Both the position numbers and the translations under genes were made by a program. A stretch of 24,645 nt of DNA from a virus (Duplodnaviria > Caudoviricetes), in IMG/VR virus record IMGVR_UViG_3300037461_001246, positions 1 to 24,645 of that record; one strand, 5' to 3'. Positions 16,289-24,250 of the stretch are shown piece after piece. The notes under the pieces were generated by a model. The model was not told the DNA's origin and did no database searches. It saw nothing but the letters and a program-made list of their open reading frames with translations. Positions within the stretch are counted from its first letter, which is position 1. Each line of letters starts with the position of its first letter.

Positions 16289-17524
16289 TCAGGCGTTGTT
16301 CACGCGCGCGTCGCGGATCGCCACGAACGACTCCGTCCGCAGCCGCAGCACGTCCATCTGGAAGAAGAGCACGAACCAGACCTGGTCGTACTCGGCGCCC
16401 CGCTCGAACAGCGGCCGGATCTCGCTCCCGCCCCACCGGGCGACGAGCAGGTCCGCCCAGTTCCCGAACACGATCGGCGAGCAGTCGCTCGCGGTGCCCT
16501 TCGTGTTCGTGATCGGGAGCTGGGTCGTGACCAGCCACTCGTAGCCGATGGCCTGCGCCAGCGCGGCGTCCGAGAGGATCGGGCTCATCGGGAGGCGGAA
16601 CACCCCGCCCGTGTCGCCCGAGAACTGCGCGACCATCTCCTTCTTGACGACCCGGCGCGTCTTCGGGTGGCTGACCATGGCGAGCTTCCCGCGGAGCGCG
16701 TTCGCGTCCTCGAGCTTCCCGATCAGGTCGGCCAGCTTCTTGAACGTCGGGTCGCCGCCGTTCGTGCCGATCGCGACGACCTGGCTCCCGCCCACCAGCA
16801 TCTCGCTGTAGACCAGGAGCCCCTTCGGCTGCCCGCTCGCCCCGGTGCCCGTGAGGCACGCCAGGTCGATGACCTCCGCCTGCTTCAGCGTGAGGTCCTC
16901 GCGGATGTAGGGCTCGATCGACGGGTCGGCCATCGAGAGGAGCGACCGGTCGCACTTCACGAGCATGCCGTACTTGCGCGGCTGCATCTGCTTCAGCGCC
17001 GTGGCCGGCTTCGTCTCGGAGGGGGCGGCGTTGTTGTCGATCCAGCCGCCGCTCACCCCGGCCGTGATCTCGGGCACGCGGTACGGCGCGCCCTTCGGCG
17101 TGACCACGCGGGCCCCCGCCTTGAGGACCACCGTCTCCGGGCGCAGCGACGTGATCGGCGTCGGGTCCGTCTCCGGCGAGATCAGGTACGCGCCCGCCGC
17201 GTCGTCCCCGGACGACATGGCCGCGCGCTTCGAGATCTCGCGCTCGTACTCGAAGCCCTTCCAGGCCTCGTCCGCGGACCGGCCGTCGCGGATCAGCGAC
17301 GCCGCCCGCATCGCCCCCATCATCCGGTAGGGGCGCGCCTGCTCCGGGTCCTGGCCGTCGCTCCCGATCGGACGCGGGTTCGTCTTCACCGCCTCCTCGA
17401 GCGCCCGGATGCGCTCGTCCGTGGCCTTGCGGCTCGCCTTGCCCTCGTCGAACTCCCGCTTGATCTCCGCGATCAGCGTCTCGACGTTGGCGACCGGCGT
17501 CTGGGTCTTCGTGTCCTCGGGCAT
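16289..17524 (-). CDS. Major capsid protein, HK97 fold, 411 aa
   Basis: Coiled-coil delta-like N-terminus, AGAYLI.PE, DLACLTGTGASGQPKGL, IVFGNW and MDV..LRTESF motifs. Confidence 0.92.
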   Translation of the reverse strand: MPEDTKTQTPVANVETLIAEIKREFDEGKASRKATDERIRALEEAVKTNPRPIGSDGQDPEQARPYRMMGAMRAASLIRDGRSADEAWKGFEYEREISKRAAMSSGDDAAGAYLISPETDPTPITSLRPETVVLKAGARVVTPKGAPYRVPEITAGVSGGWIDNNAAPSETKPATALKQMQPRKYGMLVKCDRSLLSMADPSIEPYIREDLTLKQAEVIDLACLTGTGASGQPKGLLVYSEMLVGGSQVVAIGTNGGDPTFKKLADLIGKLEDANALRGKLAMVSHPKTRRVVKKEMVAQFSGDTGGVFRLPMSPILSDAALAQAIGYEWLVTTQLPITNTKGTASDCSPIVFGNWADLLVARWGGSEIRPLFERGAEYDQVWFVLFFQMDVLRLRTESFVAIRDARVNNA

Positions 17525-17534
17525 TTGTGGCTCC

Positions 17535-18575
17535 TCACTTCCCGGTGACGGCCGCGTGCAGCCGCCTGACCACGTCCTGCTGCGATCGCGACTGCGCGGC
17601 GGCCTCCGCCTGCGCAGCCAGGTGCGCCTCCACCTTCGCCATCCGCTCCGCCAGCGGCTTCAGCGCGACCTCGACAGCCTGGCGCACCTGCTCGGCCGTC
17701 GCGCCCTTCGAGCCCTTCGAGCCCTTCGAGCCCTCCGATCCCTCCTCGGAGGCCTCCTCCTCGTCCTCGCCGTCCTCTCCCTCGTCCGCGCCCAGGTCGT
17801 CCGCGATCGCGTCGAGCATGTCGGCGCCCTGGCGGAACGTGCCGGCGATGTCCTTGATCGCCGCCGCGTTCTCGCTCGCGCCCGCCTTCGGGGCCTCGTC
17901 CTCGTCGTCCGGCTGCTCGTCCGCGCGCTTCGTCACGGTCACGTCCTGGAGGGCCTTTGCCAACGCCTCCCAGGATGCGCGTAGCGATCCCTCACCACCC
18001 CCCAGCTGGCGCATGGCCTCCGCGTCCTCCCTCCGGAGGGTCCCCGCGGCCGCCGCCTGGCGCACGAGCGCGACCGCCCCGGAGTCCGCCCCGACCGGCA
18101 CGGCGGAGAGCTCGATCAGCTCGTGCTTCGTCGAGACTCCCCACGCCCCCCGCTCCTTCTCGCTGGGGATCGGGTCGCGCATCTCGAGGACCTTGAAGCC
18201 GACCGAAACCGCCCGCTGGATCCCGGCCTTGACCAAGCGGTAGACGAAGTCCGCGAACGGGTGGTCCTCGGCGGTCGCGAACCGCACCCTCGCCCGGAGC
18301 TCGCCGGCCTCCTCGTCCACCTCTGCGCTGACCGGCACGCCCAGGGGGGGCTTGTCCTCGAACCGGTTGTGCGCCCAGAGGAGCGCCCCGGCCCGCAGGA
18401 ACCGGTCCAGGACCCACCCCTTCGCCAGGAGGATCAGGCCGTCCGTCGCCACCTCCTCGGTGGCGGCAACGAACTCGACGACCCGGTCCTCGCCACCCGC
18501 CTCCTCGGGCGTGAGGGCGCGCGACTGGAACGGCAGGACGGCGCGGCGGCTGAAGGGGGGCTTGCGCTGACGCAC
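17535..18575 (-). CDS. HK97-family prohead protease with acidic scaffold-like C-terminal half, 346 aa
   Basis: LLWAHN (His), AVSVGF and LIELSAVPVGAD (Ser) motifs; SD AGGAGG. Confidence 0.9.
   Translation of the reverse strand: MRQRKPPFSRRAVLPFQSRALTPEEAGGEDRVVEFVAATEEVATDGLILLAKGWVLDRFLRAGALLWAHNRFEDKPPLGVPVSAEVDEEAGELRARVRFATAEDHPFADFVYRLVKAGIQRAVSVGFKVLEMRDPIPSEKERGAWGVSTKHELIELSAVPVGADSGAVALVRQAAAAGTLRREDAEAMRQLGGGEGSLRASWEALAKALQDVTVTKRADEQPDDEDEAPKAGASENAAAIKDIAGTFRQGADMLDAIADDLGADEGEDGEDEEEASEEGSEGSKGSKGSKGATAEQVRQAVEVALKPLAERMAKVEAHLAAQAEAAAQSRSQQDVVRRLHAAVTGK
17703..17738. repeat. 9-bp tandem repeat (gcccttcga x3 plus one variant) encoding SEG-SKG-SKG-SKG
   Basis: Seen directly; in frame within the protease C-terminal linker. 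Confidence 0.85.
17972..17994 (-). promoter_or_regulatory. 14-bp motif copy 3 (inverted) plus -10-like hexamer inside the protease gene
   Basis: Minus strand: TGAGGGATCGCTAC-GCG-CATCCT; surrounding codons are atypical (CTA, GCA, TTG). Confidence 0.6.
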
Positions 18576-18591
18576 GGGTGAATCCTCCTGC

Positions 18592-21072
18592 TCAGATGTC
18601 CATGACCAGCCCCTCGGCGCACCGGCACTGGATGATCTCCTCCGGCTCGCCGTCGGGGTCGCACGGGAACCTGCAGCCGTTCGCGTAGACGCCGCCCGTC
18701 ACCGGGACCACGACGCCGTCGAGCGCCACGTGGGAGTGCCGCACGCGCTCGTCCCCGGCCGTCGTCCACTCCCGTCCCTTGACGTGGGGGTCCTCCGCGG
18801 CCAGGACCTGGGTGCACTCGAACCGCGCGCCGTTCGCCGCCTGGCCCACCTCGGACCGGGCGATCATCCGGGCCCGCCGCTCCTCGACCCCGAGCTCCCG
18901 CTCCAAGTCCAGAGCCAGCGCCGTGACCGGCTTCTTCTCGCCCAGGCCCTCGACCAGCGCCCCCTTCACCCGCTTCACCAGGGTGTCGTTCACCTGGTGC
19001 GCCAGCCGGATCTCCTTCTCCTTCAGGAACTCGAGGACCGCCGGCGGCGTGGTCACGGAGACCCCGAACTCGGTGGGCCCGCCGAGCTGGCGCAGGAGGG
19101 CGTCGATCGCCGACCTAGCCGTCCGCTTGTACTCGGGCCCGGCCAGCCGCTTCAGGTACTCGTCCCACTCGGCGCGCTTGCGCTTCAGGTACTCGTCGAG
19201 CTCGCCCTCGGTCATCCGGACGAGGACGCTCCCGGAGCGCCCCCCGCGGAGCTCGCCGAGGACGTCCTCCCCCACCCGCCGGAAGTGCTTTCGGACGAGC
19301 GCCAGGAAGGCCCGCTCCCGAGGGGCGTACACGCGCACGGCCAGGTCCATCCAGACCCGGAGCCGCCGGCGACGGCCGGCGTCGCGGATGCTGATCGCCG
19401 GGAAGGCCCTGGCGCCACGGTCGGGCAGCTCCAGCTCGGACGGGTCGGCCGCGGCACCGCCCTCCGGCTTGCCGGGAGGAGGAGGAGGCGAGGACGGAGG
19501 CTTCGGGGACGCCGGTTTCTCCTCCGCCTGGGCCGCGGCCGGGTCGACCAGAGCGTCGACCTCCTCCGGCTTCAGGGTCGGGAAGGACGCCAACAGGGTC
19601 GCCTTGGCGCTGTCCGGGTTGAGCTCGCCCGAGGCGACCATCAGGACGACCTCGAGGAGCGACGCGATCTGCGCCCCGTTGAGGGCCGTGTCCTGGACGG
19701 CGTCCGCGCCCTCCGGGGCAGCCGCGCCCTCTGCGGGGGCGGGCTCGTCCGCCTCCAGGTCGATCGGCTGGGTCACGTCCTTCAGCCGCGCCAGCCCGAA
19801 GCTCACCGTCCCGACGTCGCCCTCCTCGGGGGGCAGCGCCGGCAGGCCCGTCTCGAGGTGGTCGTTCGCCACGTTCCGCGGCCAGCCCGCGCCCACGATG
19901 GCCGCCAGGCTCGCCAGGCGCTCGCTGTAGGCGTCCCTGAGCGCCTCCACGCCCGAGACGTCGAACGCCCCCCAGACCACGCGCCGGCCCGCCACGGAGG
20001 CCCTGGCGCGCTCCATCGGGTCCGTCCGCGCCCGGAAGAGCCGCTGCTCCAGGAGCCGCTCGACCATCCCCATCATCGGCGCGATCGTCTGCTCGTGGAA
20101 CACCCGCCGGGACTCGCGCGCCGTCGCGTACTTCAGGTCCTGGGTCAGCCCCAGCAGGAACTGCGGCACGCCCCAGACGGCCCCGATCTCCTCCCGGCTC
20201 CACTTCCGCTGCTCGAGGAACTCCATGTCCGTGTGCGTCGGCAGGACGTTCTTCACGTCCGCCCCGCCCTGGACCACCTTCACGCGCCAGGCCTTCGCCG
20301 ACCCGACGTGCTGGTCCTCGAACTCCTTCCGCGTCTGGTCGACCTGGTCGGACGTCAGGAACCCAGCCTCCTTCGGGATGGAGAGCACGGTCCCGACGGT
20401 CGCCCCGTTGCGGAAGAAGGCTTGGTTCCACGACGCAGCGTGGGTGTCCGACTCGATGCCGATCCGGGCCGCCTCGAGCGGCGCTAGGCCCCGCTCCGGC
20501 TCCTCCGGGTCGATCAGGCGGAGCATCAGGACCTGGTGCCAGGGGTACGGGACCGTCTGCCCGGTCCGCGGGTCCCGGTACTTCCAGCCCACGGCGAGCT
20601 TCGTCTGCGGGTCCCGGACGAGCTCCCAGGTCGCCCGGCCGCCCGGGAGGACGTACAGCTCGCGCGGGACCTCCCGCTCCCCGAGCGTCTCGCCCTTGCC
20701 CTCGAACACCCAGGCCGACTCGCCGCGCAGCGCCAGGTGGAGCCCGAGCAGCGGCCAGAGGTCCGCCCCGTCCAGGTTCGGGTTCGGCCGCTGGAACAGC
20801 TCGTACCAGTCCCCCTCGAGGACCTCCTGCTGGTCGTCGGCGCTCCCGGTGTACAGGCGCCAGGTCGCCGCGGAGAAGCCCTGGGCCCACGCGCGGCAGG
20901 CGGCGTACACGTAGGCGTGGTACTTGAACGGGCTCCCCGTCGGGACGCCCTGGGCGTAGCGCTGGGCGATCTCCCAGGCGGTCATCCAGTCGGTGGGATC
21001 GCCGAAGCGAGAGTCGCCGGCAGTGCGGACCCGGGGAGCCAGAGCGGCACGTAGCCGGCGGAGGAGGCCCAT
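18592..21072 (-). CDS. HK97-family portal protein fused to a MuF/SPP1 gp7-like head morphogenesis domain, 826 aa
   Basis: Portal motifs RPNP, GLAPLEAA, FFRNGA, DMEFLEQRK and WGVP; Pro/acidic linker; MuF motifs RARMIARSE, REWTTAGDERVRHSH..LDG and EIIQCRC. Confidence 0.9.
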   Translation of the reverse strand: MGLLRRLRAALAPRVRTAGDSRFGDPTDWMTAWEIAQRYAQGVPTGSPFKYHAYVYAACRAWAQGFSAATWRLYTGSADDQQEVLEGDWYELFQRPNPNLDGADLWPLLGLHLALRGESAWVFEGKGETLGEREVPRELYVLPGGRATWELVRDPQTKLAVGWKYRDPRTGQTVPYPWHQVLMLRLIDPEEPERGLAPLEAARIGIESDTHAASWNQAFFRNGATVGTVLSIPKEAGFLTSDQVDQTRKEFEDQHVGSAKAWRVKVVQGGADVKNVLPTHTDMEFLEQRKWSREEIGAVWGVPQFLLGLTQDLKYATARESRRVFHEQTIAPMMGMVERLLEQRLFRARTDPMERARASVAGRRVVWGAFDVSGVEALRDAYSERLASLAAIVGAGWPRNVANDHLETGLPALPPEEGDVGTVSFGLARLKDVTQPIDLEADEPAPAEGAAAPEGADAVQDTALNGAQIASLLEVVLMVASGELNPDSAKATLLASFPTLKPEEVDALVDPAAAQAEEKPASPKPPSSPPPPPGKPEGGAAADPSELELPDRGARAFPAISIRDAGRRRRLRVWMDLAVRVYAPRERAFLALVRKHFRRVGEDVLGELRGGRSGSVLVRMTEGELDEYLKRKRAEWDEYLKRLAGPEYKRTARSAIDALLRQLGGPTEFGVSVTTPPAVLEFLKEKEIRLAHQVNDTLVKRVKGALVEGLGEKKPVTALALDLERELGVEERRARMIARSEVGQAANGARFECTQVLAAEDPHVKGREWTTAGDERVRHSHVALDGVVVPVTGGVYANGCRFPCDPDGEPEEIIQCRCAEGLVMDI

Positions 21073-21079
21073 GCCCCGG

Positions 21080-21103
21080 AGCGTAGCGGTGAGGGATCGC
21101 TAC
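21080..21103 (-). promoter_or_regulatory. 14-bp motif copy 4 plus -10 hexamer (putative leaderless promoter of the portal gene)
   Basis: Minus strand: GTAGCGATCCCTCA-CCGC-TACGCT-CCGGGGC-ATG(21072); no SD. Confidence 0.75.
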
Positions 21104-21143
21104 CACCGGCCCTCCGCGGCTTCGGCCCCCCGCCGGGCCTCCG

Positions 21144-22364
21144 TCAGAGCGAGACGACGAATGGACCCACCGGCGCGGCTAGCCGCTGGAACGCCACCGA
21201 GCAGGCGTCGACCTCGTCCTTGAACGCCTCGGGGAACCGTTGGACGGCGTCGAGGAAGTGCCGGTTCCACGGGCCCCGCACCAGGCGGACCCGCCCCATG
21301 CGCGCCGGCGTCGCCCACGTCCCGGCCCTGGTCACCTTGTCGCCCGTCGCCCGCGTCCCCCACGTCCGCCACCCCTGCAGCAGGTTCCGCAGCATGAGCG
21401 ACTGGTCCTTCCCGCTCGAGCCCCCCTCCTCCTCCCAGTCCACCTCGACCTCGCGGCCGTCCGCCACGGCGGTCGCCAGGATCAGCTCGTTGCGCGCCCC
21501 GGGGTCCAGGTGCACGGCGATCAGGTCCTCGACGTACATCACGCCGTCGGGTGCACGGGCCCACCTGGCGCCGGCCGTCGCGCAACCTGCGTCGAGCGTC
21601 GAGGCCATGTCCCAGGCCCGCACGCGCCGGCACCCCGCGGGCGCCCCGTCCACGACCTGGAACCAGGAGGACTGGAACACCTTGCCGCCGCCGGTCGCGT
21701 CCCAGTCGCCCTCCTTCAGCCGCGCGCGCTCGACCGGGTCCAGGAGGTCGAGCTGCTCGCCGTAGGACGGGTCGAGCGCCGGGTTGTCGCGCCAGGACGC
21801 GGGGACGAACCAGCGCTCCTGGTCGTTGCGGTGGAGGACGAACCGGTCCTTCACCCACGTGTGCCCGATGCCGCCCGGGTTCGTCGCGGCACGGGCGCGC
21901 AGGGGCACTGTGGAGAGCGGTCCATCCACGGGACGGCGCAGGCGCGAGAGCAGGTACAAGTACATGCTCTCGGTGAAGTGGGTGAGCTCGTCGAAGCCCA
22001 CGTACTGCAACTCCGCCCCCTGGTGCTGGTACTTGTCGGCCTCGTACTGCAGGTGGGCGAACTGGAGGGACGCGCCCCACGGCCAGGTCCAGCGCGCCTC
22101 CTGGCGGTTGTACACGGCCTCGGTTCCGCTGAGCCACTCCTGCGAGCGCTCGATGAGGCCGCCCTGCTGCGCCAGCTGCGGGTACGTGCGGCGGAACAGC
22201 ATGGCGTGGTAGCCGTGGACGTCGACGTACTGCAGCGCCCCCATCAGGAGCGCATCGGACTTCCCCCCACCGGCGGCCCCCCCGTACAGGACCTCAGCGA
22301 CGTCAGTCAGGGCGAGGAACGCGATCTGCTTCGGGAACGGGTTGTGCCGGATCCACTTCGTCAT
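21144..22364 (-). CDS. terL: Terminase large subunit, about 406 aa
   Basis: Walker A YGGAAGGGKS, Walker B VGFDE, ATNPGG and nuclease RAWD...DEVDA. Likely start ATG 22364 (overlapping terS); the ORF-track start at 22820 is implausible. Confidence 0.92.
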   Translation of the reverse strand: MTKWIRHNPFPKQIAFLALTDVAEVLYGGAAGGGKSDALLMGALQYVDVHGYHAMLFRRTYPQLAQQGGLIERSQEWLSGTEAVYNRQEARWTWPWGASLQFAHLQYEADKYQHQGAELQYVGFDELTHFTESMYLYLLSRLRRPVDGPLSTVPLRARAATNPGGIGHTWVKDRFVLHRNDQERWFVPASWRDNPALDPSYGEQLDLLDPVERARLKEGDWDATGGGKVFQSSWFQVVDGAPAGCRRVRAWDMASTLDAGCATAGARWARAPDGVMYVEDLIAVHLDPGARNELILATAVADGREVEVDWEEEGGSSGKDQSLMLRNLLQGWRTWGTRATGDKVTRAGTWATPARMGRVRLVRGPWNRHFLDAVQRFPEAFKDEVDACSVAFQRLAAPVGPFVVSL

Positions 22365-22845
22365 CCGGAGCCGGCTGACCCTGGCGAGCGAGGATGCGAG
22401 CGGCCTCGGCAAGGGCGGCGGCGTCGGGTTCGTGTACGACATGGATGGGCGTCCCGCCTGGGCCTGAGACCTCGAGCTTCTGGTTCTCGCGGAACTTCGT
22501 GCGGTGCCCCTTAAGGAGGATCTCCAGCATCCGGTCCGAGTACCGCCGGATCGTTCCGATCTGCCCCTTCTCACGGAACACGGGCTCGAGCCAGCCCTCG
22601 ACACCACGACGCCGGGCCTCGGCCTCGAGCGCGTCGGTGGCGATCTCCACGGCGGCGTTCCAGGCGACGGCGAAGTCCGGGTCTTCCTTCCGCCAGGCGT
22701 ATGGCAAGGTCGGGTGAACGCCGACCTTTCGGGCCGCCTCCGACACGTTCCCGGTGCGGGCGAGCGCTGCCAGGAACGTCTCGCGCGTGCGCGCGCGCGA
22801 CGCCTCCGCGCTTGCCTCACGTCGTCTGGGCGGCTGTCTGCTCAC
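22303..22845 (-). CDS. terS: Terminase small subunit, 180 aa
   Basis: FLAALARTGNVSEAA HTH, Y.WRK.DPDF, LEAEARRRGVEG, YSDRML and EVSGPGGTPI motifs; directly upstream of terL. Confidence 0.88.
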   Translation of the reverse strand: MSRQPPRRREASAEASRARTRETFLAALARTGNVSEAARKVGVHPTLPYAWRKEDPDFAVAWNAAVEIATDALEAEARRRGVEGWLEPVFREKGQIGTIRRYSDRMLEILLKGHRTKFRENQKLEVSGPGGTPIHVVHEPDAAALAEAARILARQGQPAPDDEVDPAQPVPEADRVPRPD

Positions 22846-22851
22846 GGGTCC

Positions 22852-22857
22852 AGCCTA
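22852..22857 (-). promoter_or_regulatory. Putative -10 box for a leaderless terS transcript
   Basis: TAGGCT-GGACCC-GTG(22845); no SD; the TAG doubles as the upstream stop codon. Confidence 0.5.
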
Positions 22858-23202
22858 CACCCGGCGGCCGACGACGCGGAAGCGCTTGGGCACGACGGGC
22901 TCTGTTCGCTCGGGGAAGAGGCAGTCGTAGCAGACGCAGTCGGCGGGGTGGACGTACTTCGGCTGCCGTTCCGGCTTCGGGATTCGCTTGGGCTGGCGGC
23001 CGCCCTCGACGTGGAGTAGCACTCCGACGTCGCGGAGGCGGAGGGCTGAGCAGATGCGGTCGAGTGTGTTCAGGTCGATGCGGGTGCTTCGTCCGGTGCC
23101 GAACTCCCAGACGGTGCGGAAGCAGAGGCCGGTACGTCGGGAGAGTGCGCGGTAGGAGAGCTTGTGGGCGCGGAGGATCTCGGCGAGGCGGACGCGGATC
23201 AC
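22855..23202 (-). CDS. XRE/Cro-C1 (HTH_26-like) transcriptional regulator with Cys-rich C-terminal extension, 115 aa
   Basis: MIRVRLAEIL...SYRALSRRTGL...RIDLNTLDRICSAL...VGVLL; tail contains HPADCVCYDC. Confidence 0.85.
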   Translation of the reverse strand: MIRVRLAEILRAHKLSYRALSRRTGLCFRTVWEFGTGRSTRIDLNTLDRICSALRLRDVGVLLHVEGGRQPKRIPKPERQPKYVHPADCVCYDCLFPERTEPVVPKRFRVVGRRV

Positions 23203-23208
23203 GCCCGG

Positions 23209-23230
23209 ACCGTAACGGACAGGGCGGACA
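23209..23230 (-). promoter_or_regulatory. Putative leaderless promoter of the HTH gene with tandem TGTCCG repeats
   Basis: Minus strand: TGTCCG-CCC-TGTCCG-T-TACGGT-CCGGGC-GTG(23202). Confidence 0.55.
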
Positions 23231-23232
23231 GT

Positions 23233-23700
23233 TCACGCGGCGCGGACGCGGGTACGGCAGGCCGGGCAGGTGCAGGGCCGGGGGCGTCGGTCGAAGTCGC
23301 CCGGGACGGTCCAGGAGTCGAGCACGCGCACTTCGAGCGCGCCGCGCGTCACGGGGTCCCTGACGCCCCACGTGCACTCGACGCGGAGCGAGTAGCGCGA
23401 CGGCCGGTTCGTCCAGGGGTTCCAGAGCTTCCGCAGGCATCGCGAGCACACGAGGTCGACCCCGCCGGCCTTGCGTTCCCAGCGCCACCAGTCGTGGCCG
23501 AGGTGCGGGGTGGGTCCGTCGACGGTCGTGCCGTCGCAGAGGAACGCCACGGGCGGCCACGGCGAGGGCCACGAGAGGCGGCCAGGGGCGACGGTGGTAC
23601 GGGCGGCCATCCGGTCGATGGCGACGAGGAGGGCGCCTGCCAGGGCCAGCAGGGCGCGCGCGAGGGCCCACGGGGCGGCGAGGAGGTCGGGGCGGGTCAC
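23233..23700 (-). CDS. Hypothetical Cys/His-rich protein with hydrophobic N-terminus, 155 aa
   Basis: GTG 23700 in a GTGA overlap; HLGHDW, CSRC and CTCPAC motifs. Confidence 0.6.
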   Translation of the reverse strand: MTRPDLLAAPWALARALLALAGALLVAIDRMAARTTVAPGRLSWPSPWPPVAFLCDGTTVDGPTPHLGHDWWRWERKAGGVDLVCSRCLRKLWNPWTNRPSRYSLRVECTWGVRDPVTRGALEVRVLDSWTVPGDFDRRPRPCTCPACRTRVRAA

Positions 23701-23912
23701 GCGGGGCGCTCCGTGGTGGGCGCCTCGACGAGGAACCGTTCGGGCTTCTGGCCCGGTGGGACGGTCCAGATGGGGGCTGGGTAGCCGCGGGTGCGTCCCG
23801 CTGCACGCCAAGCGGCGAGCTCGAGGTGGAACCCGCAGACGGGCTCTCGGCGGGTCGTGATGGGCCTGCCGGCGTGGTCCTTCGAGACGTGCTCGGGGAG
23901 GAGGACGGCAGG
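23697..23912 (-). pseudogene. 3' part of an interrupted small zinc-finger-like gene
   Basis: Frame reads PAVLLPEHVSKDHAGRPITTRREPVCGFHLELAAW...TERPA*. Its stop is GTGA-coupled to the next gene, and there is no ATG/GTG/TTG before the upstream in-frame stop. Confidence 0.6.
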
Positions 23913-24250
23913 GAGTCGCTCCCGGGCTCTCCGTGTCCGCGAAGGACCTCCGCGCCGCCTACGTCGCGTGGTGCGAGGCCGCCGGAGAGGAACCTCTCTC
24001 CGCCCGCCGGGTCGCCGCCAGCCTCACGGACCGCACATTCCAGCCGCCTAGGGGCGGTCGGGCCGGACGAGTCTGGCGGGGGCTGGGACTTGCGTCCCAA
24101 CCGGGAACGCCACGGAACGCGTTCCAGGGGGAACTCCCTCTCACGCGCGCGCAGGGGGGTCATTTCCCGCGGGAACGCGTACCACGCGTTCCGCCCACCC
24201 CGGAGGGGGACGAGGCGCGGGCCGCGATCGCCGAGGGGGGGCGCTCGTGA
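23913..24250 (+). pseudogene. C-terminal winged-helix fragment of a P4/D5-family primase-helicase
   Basis: VAPGLSVSAKDLRAAYVAWCEAAGEEPLS...L....F.......GRVWRGLGL pattern; no helicase domain upstream (in-frame TGA at 23858). Confidence 0.75.
24102..24192. repeat. GGAACGC direct and inverted repeat cluster (origin-like)
   Basis: GGAACGC at 24104, 24114 and 24172; palindrome GGAACGCGTTCC at 24114-24125; GGAACGCGT-acc-ACGCGTTCC at 24172-24192; central CG run at 24143-24152. Confidence 0.7.

Noticed and set aside
18592-18700. Polymorphic toxin extension on the MuF domain
   Set aside because: The protein ends 8 residues after the CRC motif, and no immunity-like gene follows.
3383-21103. The 14-bp repeat as a CRISPR repeat or att/recombination site
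   Set aside because: Copies are kilobases apart and too short for CRISPR, no integrase or invertase is in the window, and the gene order between copies is intact. The fixed spacing to -10 boxes fits regulation better.
22365-22820. N-terminal extension of terL in the ORF track
   Set aside because: It overlaps nearly all of terS in another frame and is low-complexity; conserved terminase sequence starts near 22364.
691-23860. Many long plus-strand ORFs (e.g. 4884-7424, 9364-10986, 18730-20487) and alternative-frame minus ORFs
   Set aside because: Shadow ORFs expected in high-GC DNA. They fully overlap motif-bearing genes and have no recognisable motifs.
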